A stretch of DNA of 64,000 bases, taken from the NCBI GenBank assembly GCA_964413275.1, contig CAYPSO010000004.1:2520-66519 (forward strand), in the 5' to 3' direction. Below the pieces are notes generated by a model. It did not search any database, was not told the origin of the DNA, and worked only from the letters and a program-made list of their open reading frames with translations. Source of the DNA: an uncultured bacterium (GTDB taxonomy: Bacteria > Cyanobacteriota > Cyanobacteriia > Cyanobacteriales > JAABRE01). Made by a program: the position numbers and the translations under genes. Below, piece by piece: positions 57,631 through 64,000 of the stretch. Position 1 is the first letter of the stretch. Every line of letters begins with the position of its first letter.

Positions 57631-58188
57631 ATGATGCTTTCCAATCAGACAGATATAGAGGTATTTCAAGCTTTGCGTTCGGGTAATTTGGAAGCTTTAG
57701 GTGTCCTTTACCAACGCTATGGGGAGGTTGTTTACCGTGTCGCCTTAAAAATGTTAGCTAATCAGCAAGAAGCTGAAGATTTAACCCAAGAAGTGTTTCT
57801 TTATCTTCATCATGGTGGCAAATATGATGCCACACGGGGTTCGATGTTGGTTTTTCTTCTTACTTTAACTCGTTCTAAAGCTATAGATCGTCATCGTCAG
57901 ATTAAGGCTCAATGGCAACGGGTTCAACGTTGGTTTCATGGTTTTCCCACCAATGAAGGAGGTAGTTTAATGGATAAAATTGCTCTTAAAGAAATGTCTG
58001 ATTTAGTTAGGGGAGCAATTGCTCAATTACCAGAGTCTCATCAACAAGTTTTATCTATGGCTTATTTTGATGGTTTAAGTCAATCAGAAATTGCCTCTCA
58101 CTTAAATATGCCCCTTGGTACGGTAAAAACCTATAAAAGTAAAGGTTTATTGAAACTTAGAGAATTATTACAAGATTTAATTAAATAA
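57631..58188 (+). CDS. ECF (group IV) RNA polymerase sigma factor
   Basis: Region 2 (YRVALKMLANQQEAEDLTQEVFL) and the region 4 helix-turn-helix (LSQSEIASHLNMPLGTVKTYKSKGL). Followed 6 nt later by an anti-sigma gene. Confidence 0.9.
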   Translation: MMLSNQTDIEVFQALRSGNLEALGVLYQRYGEVVYRVALKMLANQQEAEDLTQEVFLYLHHGGKYDATRGSMLVFLLTLTRSKAIDRHRQIKAQWQRVQRWFHGFPTNEGGSLMDKIALKEMSDLVRGAIAQLPESHQQVLSMAYFDGLSQSEIASHLNMPLGTVKTYKSKGLLKLRELLQDLIK

Positions 58189-58194
58189 ATAATT

Positions 58195-58926
58195 ATGTCA
58201 GAAGAAATTAAAGAACTTTTAGCTAGTTATGTTTTAGGAGACTTGACTTCGGAAGAGGTAGCCAAAGTTAAAAAACTTTTGGCGACTAACCCTGAATTAA
58301 AAGAAGAAGTAGAAAGTTTAAAACAAATCTTGGCTCTTTTCCCCCTGAGCTTACCAGAAGTTGATTTACCTGAAGATTTGGGCGATCGCATTTTGCAAGC
58401 AGCTTCTGAGCATAGGAAAAATCTCTTATGGCTCAAAATTAAGAAAAAAAAACGCCCATTCACAATTTTAGTAGGAACTCTGGCTATGGGAGCGATCACC
58501 ATTCTTGGACTTTTCAACTATCGCCTTCAACAAAAACTTGCGACTACTCAAGAGAAACTTTCTGATTATGAGACAACTATTGCCATTTTACGTCAACCTA
58601 GTAATCGTTTGTTATCTTTACAAGGAACAGAATTAAGTCCTCGTGCTTCTGGCAGCTTGATGGTAAATCCTAATTCAGCCACCATAATATTGACCTTAGA
58701 AAATTTAACTACCCTATCTCAAGACAAGATTTATCGAATTTGGGGGATTCAAAACGAGCAAAAAATTTATTGTGGAGAATTTAACACAGATCCACAAGGT
58801 AAGGTTTTACTTCAACTTCCTTTAGATGCTGATATGTTGGATTCAGTAGGGGTAATTATTACGGTCGAACCCTTACAGAAATTTTCTGTTCCTAAAGGGG
58901 AAACAGTTATGATTGGAACTATTTAA
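58195..58926 (+). CDS. Anti-sigma factor with a single TM helix and an RskA-type extracytoplasmic C-terminal domain
   Basis: N-terminal anti-sigma helix pattern LLASYVLGDLTSEE...V..LL, TM helix FTILVGTLAMGAITILGLF, and the C-terminal YRIWGIQNEQKIYCGEFNTDPQGK...VIITVEP, typical of RskA domains. Confidence 0.75.
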   Translation: MSEEIKELLASYVLGDLTSEEVAKVKKLLATNPELKEEVESLKQILALFPLSLPEVDLPEDLGDRILQAASEHRKNLLWLKIKKKKRPFTILVGTLAMGAITILGLFNYRLQQKLATTQEKLSDYETTIAILRQPSNRLLSLQGTELSPRASGSLMVNPNSATIILTLENLTTLSQDKIYRIWGIQNEQKIYCGEFNTDPQGKVLLQLPLDADMLDSVGVIITVEPLQKFSVPKGETVMIGTI

Positions 58927-59127
58927 CTTTATGAATAATTATTAGAGGATAGGGAAAAGATACGGGCAAAATAGAACAGGATGTGAAGAAATGTAACCAT
59001 TATCTACAGATGATTATTCAACAGGAAAAAACCCATAATATTTGTAACTAGCAAATTACGTTAATAGAGTGCGTTACATTTCATTAACGCACCCTACGAC
59101 TCAAACTAATTATCAATTGTCAGTTGA

Positions 59128-60333
<1,206 letters not shown>

Positions 60334-60757
60334 CTAAATATCTCCCAACTTAAAATTAAATAGTTTATCTAGAAATCTCTAATTTAGACTTTCGTCATAG
60401 GTATTGATTCTAGACCTAAAAGATTGCTTTTATTTAGCCTACCATTGTCAGGCTACCCTCAAGCTAGTTAAGAGGATATTGATGACACGATCTATCCAGT
60501 CCAGATCGATTAGCACCATAACAAGTTCATTCAGAAAAAACTGTTAAGCTTGAAACCTTGTAGAGAGAATTTTGTTCTGATAAGATGCTTTTAACCAGAT
60601 TAAACCTAAATTATTTTTGGTTTAATTATTAAACCGAGCAAGCTATATACATTTATTATTATTTGGGAGCAATCCTAAAAACTTAATTAAATAAAAGTTA
60701 GGCTTGCTTAGATAATATGATATGAGTTAACAAAAGATTTTAAATCAGAGGGAGGCT

Positions 60758-61759
60758 ATGAGCACTCAGTTAGACCGTGTGGTTATTATAGGTGTCGCCG
60801 GCGATTCCGGATGCGGTAAATCTACTTTTTTACGCCGCCTAGAAGATTTGTTCGGTAACGAGTTTATGACGGTTATCTGTCTTGATGATTATCATAGCCT
60901 TGACCGTCAAGGCAGGAAAGCGGCAGGAGTTACAGCACTCGATCCTAAAGCTAATAATTTTGACTTAATGTATGAGCAAGTTAAGGCTCTCAAAAATGGT
61001 CAGGCCATTGATAAACCAATTTACAATCATGAAACTGGTTTATTAGATCCTCCTGAAAGGATCGAACCGAATAAAGTGATTGTTATTGAAGGACTTCATC
61101 CTCTTTATGACGAAAGAGTTCGTTCTTTAATCGATTTTGGGGTATATCTTGATATTTCTGATGATGTCAAAATTAATTGGAAAATTCAACGGGATATGGC
61201 TGAAAGAGGCCATACCTATGAAGATATTCTCGCTTCGATTAACGCTAGAAAACCAGATTTTAGTGCTTATATTGAACCACAAAGGGAATTTGCTGATGTG
61301 GTAATTCAGGTTTTACCAACTCAGTTGGTTGAAGATAAGCAAAGTCCTCTTTTGCGAGTGCGTTTAATTCAAAAAGAAGGAATTGAAGGTTTTGAACCTG
61401 TTTATTTATTCGATGAGGGTTCGACTATTGACTGGAGACCTTGTGGACGTAAGTTAACTTGTGCTTATCCCGGAATTAAGATGTATTATGGCCCTGATAA
61501 TTATTATGGTCATGAAGTCTCTGTTTTGGAGATAGACGGTCAATTCGACAATCTTGAAGAGATGATCTATGTTGAAAGTCATCTAAGCAAGACAGGAACT
61601 AAGTTCTATGGTGAAATGACTGAGTTATTACTCAAGCATAAGGATTATCCCGGTACTAATAATGGAACTGGGCTTTTCCAAGTTTTGGTCGGCTTGAAAA
61701 TGCGAGAATCCTATGAATATATCACTTCCGGTGCGGGTAAAGTAACCGCCGAAGTCTAA
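60758..61759 (+). CDS. prk: Phosphoribulokinase
   Basis: P-loop GVAGDSGCGKST, CLDDYH, and EGLHPLYDERVR, typical of cyanobacterial and plant PRK. Confidence 0.95.
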   Translation: MSTQLDRVVIIGVAGDSGCGKSTFLRRLEDLFGNEFMTVICLDDYHSLDRQGRKAAGVTALDPKANNFDLMYEQVKALKNGQAIDKPIYNHETGLLDPPERIEPNKVIVIEGLHPLYDERVRSLIDFGVYLDISDDVKINWKIQRDMAERGHTYEDILASINARKPDFSAYIEPQREFADVVIQVLPTQLVEDKQSPLLRVRLIQKEGIEGFEPVYLFDEGSTIDWRPCGRKLTCAYPGIKMYYGPDNYYGHEVSVLEIDGQFDNLEEMIYVESHLSKTGTKFYGEMTELLLKHKDYPGTNNGTGLFQVLVGLKMRESYEYITSGAGKVTAEV

Positions 61760-61771
61760 ATTCTTTTCTGT

Positions 61772-61801
61772 GGGGAGGAAAAATGCCTCCCCAATTTTTT
61801 T
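61772..61801 (+). terminator. Rho-independent terminator of prk
   Basis: ggggagg-aaaaatg-cctcccc followed by aaTTTTTTT, starting 13 nt after the prk stop. It lies inside the GTG-initiated ORF 61770-62090 of the track. Confidence 0.8.
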
Positions 61802-61832
61802 ATTTAGAAGTTTTATAATAGAAGAATTTTTT

Positions 61833-62090
61833 ATGAAGTTCTGGTTACTAATATTCGTTATTTTATTTATTTCAGTTGAACTTTTTGAGTGGTTAAAGGA
61901 TTTTGCTTTGCTTTTGCCTCTTCATGTTTTAGGAGGTGCTTTATTGGCGATCGCCTCTAATTATGATAAGGGAATTACTTCTGTTTTATCTTTTAAATCT
62001 ACCAAAACTGAATCTCCCCTAAGTCAGACTGCGACTTTAATTGAGGAAATAGGAGTTTTAGAGCAGTCGGAAAAAAACATTTCAAAGTAG
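61833..62090 (+). CDS. Small membrane protein (85 aa), hypothetical
   Basis: ATG at 61833 downstream of the terminator. Two hydrophobic helices (FWLLIFVILFISV; LLLPLHVLGGALLAIA). No family recognised. Confidence 0.35.
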   Translation: MKFWLLIFVILFISVELFEWLKDFALLLPLHVLGGALLAIASNYDKGITSVLSFKSTKTESPLSQTATLIEEIGVLEQSEKNISK

Positions 62091-62165
62091 TTTTCATATT
62101 AACCACGAACCACTGTACGGGCTTTCCTGCCGTTCGCCCATACAATAATCAGTAGTCAGTATTTG

Positions 62166-62216
62166 GCTAATCGCTAATCGCTAACCCCTAACACCTAACA
62201 CCTAACACCTAACACC
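62166..62216. repeat. Heptanucleotide tandem repeat that switches unit type (GCTAATC x2-3, then CCTAACA x4)
   Basis: gctaatc gctaatc gctaacc cctaaca cctaaca cctaaca cctaaca cc. Confidence 0.9.
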
Positions 62217-62342
62217 TTTCGCGTAACGTCAGTAAATTAATTTTCTTAGTCGTGAACAATTAGATTTTGGTATCTGTTTTGTCTATTTCAAAAACCTACT
62301 TTGAGTACAATCAAACACAATCTAAGGATTAAGGAAAAATCT

Positions 62343-64000
62343 ATGAGTGGAAATGAAGCCCGCGTTCAAGCAGTTCATAAAATTACAAATCGAGAATTAA
62401 TTCCCCCCAAAGCCCCAGAACGTTTAGAAGAAATATGGGCAGAAAACGTCTTTAATCTCACTAAAATGCAAGGGAGTTTGCCTAAAAGTGTCTTTAAATC
62501 GATTAAAAAAACAATTGTTACCGGTGAAAAACTCGATCCTTCCATTGCAGATGCTGTTGCCACCGCCATGAGAGACTGGGCAATGGCAAAAGGGGCACTC
62601 TATTACGCCCATGTATTTTATCCAATGACCAACTTAACCGCCGAAAAACACGATGGCTTCATTTCAGTACAGGGAGACGGCAACGTTATTTCAGAATTTT
62701 CTGGCAAAGTGCTAGTACAAGGAGAACCAGATGGTTCTTCGTTTCCCAATGGTGGTATTCGAGACACCTTTGAAGCACGGGGATATACAGGTTGGGATGT
62801 GACGAGTCCTGCCTATATCATGGAAACAGACAATGGTGCAACCTTGTGCATCCCTACGGTTTTTGTATCTTGGACAGGGGAAGCCTTAGATAAAAAAGTC
62901 CCTCTTTTGCGCTCCATTACAGCAATGGACAAAGCGGCTAACAAAGTTTTAAAGCTCTTAGGACACGAAAATGTTGCCCGTGTCAACTCTAGTTGTGGTG
63001 CTGAACAAGAATACTTTTTGATAGATACTAATTTTGCCAATCAACGTCCCGATCTTTTACTAGCAGGGCGAACACTATTTGGCAAAGCTCCCGCTAAAGG
63101 TCAGGAATTTGACGATCATTACTTTGGCGCAATCCCAGAACGAGTCCAAGTCTTTATGCAAGATGTTGAAGAAACTTTATATAAGCTCGGTATTCCCGCC
63201 AAAACCAGACATAACGAAGTAGCCCCCGGTCAATTTGAAATTGCACCTTTTTTTGAAGCGGCAAATGTAGCCAGCGATCATCAGCAGTTAATCATGACTG
63301 TTTTACGACATACAGCCAAAAAGCACGGTTTTACCTGCTTACTCCATGAAAAACCATTTGCTGGGATTAATGGCTCTGGAAAGCACGTTAACTGGTCTGT
63401 TGGCAACGCAACTCAAGGAAACTTGCTCGATCCAGGAGATTCTCCCCATGATAATGCTCAATTTCTAGTCTTTTGCGGTGCAGTGATTCGAGGTGTACAC
63501 AAATATGCACCCCTGATGCGGGCAGCCATTGCCACCGCCAGCAACGATCATAGACTTGGAGCAAATGAAGCACCTCCTGCTATTATGTCTGTTTATCTGG
63601 GGACACAATTAGAAGAAGTTTTTGAGCAGATTAAAACTGGAACAGTAACAGATTCCAAGCAGAAAGGTGTAATGGATCTTGGTGTTGATGTTTTGCCCTA
63701 TCTAACTAAAGATGCTGGCGACAGAAATCGCACATCTCCCTTTGCTTTTACTGGCAACCGCTTTGAATTTCGAGCAGTCGGTTCAAACCAGTCAGTATCA
63801 GGCCCCTTGATTGTCCTAAACACAATGCTGGCAGATTCCCTTGATTGGATCGGTAATCGCTTAGAAAATGAATTATCTAAGGGAGTCGAACTCAATACTG
63901 CGATTATCACTGTGCTTAAAGAAGTGATGGAAGAACATGGTGCTGTCGTATTTGGGGGTAATGGATATTCCGAAGAATGGCACAAGATGGCTGTCGAAGA
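62343..64000 (+). CDS. glnN: Type III glutamine synthetase (GlnN), 3' end outside the window
   Basis: My own translation from the ATG at 62343 is open to the window end (about 552 codons): [19 protein letters not shown]...EKHDGF...[26 protein letters not shown]...[11 protein letters not shown]...[14 protein letters not shown]...[18 protein letters not shown]...[20 protein letters not shown]...[17 protein letters not shown]. It is absent from the ORF track because no stop codon lies in the window. Confidence 0.9.
   Translation, partial: MSGNEARVQAVHKITNRELIPPKAPERLEEIWAENVFNLTKMQGSLPKSVFKSIKKTIVTGEKLDPSIADAVATAMRDWAMAKGALYYAHVFYPMTNLTAEKHDGFISVQGDGNVISEFSGKVLVQGEPDGSSFPNGGIRDTFEARGYTGWDVTSPAYIMETDNGATLCIPTVFVSWTGEALDKKVPLLRSITAMDKAANKVLKLLGHENVARVNSSCGAEQEYFLIDTNFANQRPDLLLAGRTLFGKAPAKGQEFDDHYFGAIPERVQVFMQDVEETLYKLGIPAKTRHNEVAPGQFEIAPFFEAANVASDHQQLIMTVLRHTAKKHGFTCLLHEKPFAGINGSGKHVNWSVGNATQGNLLDPGDSPHDNAQFLVFCGAVIRGVHKYAPLMRAAIATASNDHRLGANEAPPAIMSVYLGTQLEEVFEQIKTGTVTDSKQKGVMDLGVDVLPYLTKDAGDRNRTSPFAFTGNRFEFRAVGSNQSVSGPLIVLNTMLADSLDWIGNRLENELSKGVELNTAIITVLKEVMEEHGAVVFGGNGYSEEWHKMAVE

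Noticed and set aside
61770-61832. GTG-initiated N-terminal extension of ORF 61770-62090
   Set aside because: The extension is made of the prk terminator hairpin and its T-tract. The ATG at 61833 is the plausible start if the ORF is real.
62375-63985. Minus-strand ORFs 62375-62569, 62424-62612, 62813-63040, 63388-63573 and 63698-63985
   Set aside because: They lie antisense to the clearly coding glnN frame (62343 onward) and have no recognisable protein features. They are artefacts of the ORF caller, which missed the stop-less glnN frame.

Overview
This 64 kb window is an AT-rich cyanobacterial chromosome segment. The evidence is more than a dozen HIP1 octamers (GCGATCGC), heptanucleotide STRR-like tandem repeats at many gene boundaries, and genes typical of the phylum: petH with a CpcD-like N-terminal domain, prk, desC, glnN and a Ycf51-like protein. 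It looks like a unicellular Cyanobacterium/Geminocystis-like genome, but I cannot verify that. All product calls come from reading motifs by eye; no database search was possible.

Most of the window is housekeeping: cysS, metG, guaA, hemC, hom, gor, ftsH, cbiD, dacB, petH, prk and a partial glnN that the ORF track missed.

Three regions deserve attention:
- **9314-20541:** eight co-directional genes. A fatty acyl-AMP ligase, an ACAD-fold dehydrogenase, a standalone acyl carrier protein and an MBOAT O-acyltransferase are followed by two GT-C-type membrane glycosyltransferases, a GtrB/ArnC-like GT2 and a membrane-anchored SGNH/DltD-like candidate. This reads like a Dlt-type trans-membrane acylation machine rewired for a fatty acid and coupled to polyprenyl-phosphate glycosylation. 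I know of no characterised system with this combination, and it is my top candidate.
- **48350-57160:** a tightly packed ten-gene minus-strand operon. An ArsM-like methyltransferase and an ArsS-like radical SAM enzyme sit with TauE/SafE, DoxX-like, DUF3179, peroxiredoxin-like and secreted proteins, two TVP38/DedA-type proteins and a MerA-like flavoprotein.
- **57297-58926:** transcribed divergently from that operon, a small exported protein built from 21-bp tandem repeats encoding D-x-P-C-A-G-K heptads, followed by an ECF sigma factor and an RskA-type anti-sigma factor.

Smaller observations:
- a ProA paralog lacking the catalytic cysteine
- a frameshifted hicA next to an intact hicB
- two paralogous zinc-ribbon membrane proteins
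- a His-rich COG0523 GTPase divergent from zinc-dependent cysS
- a recurrent 25-nt palindrome placed directly after stop codons
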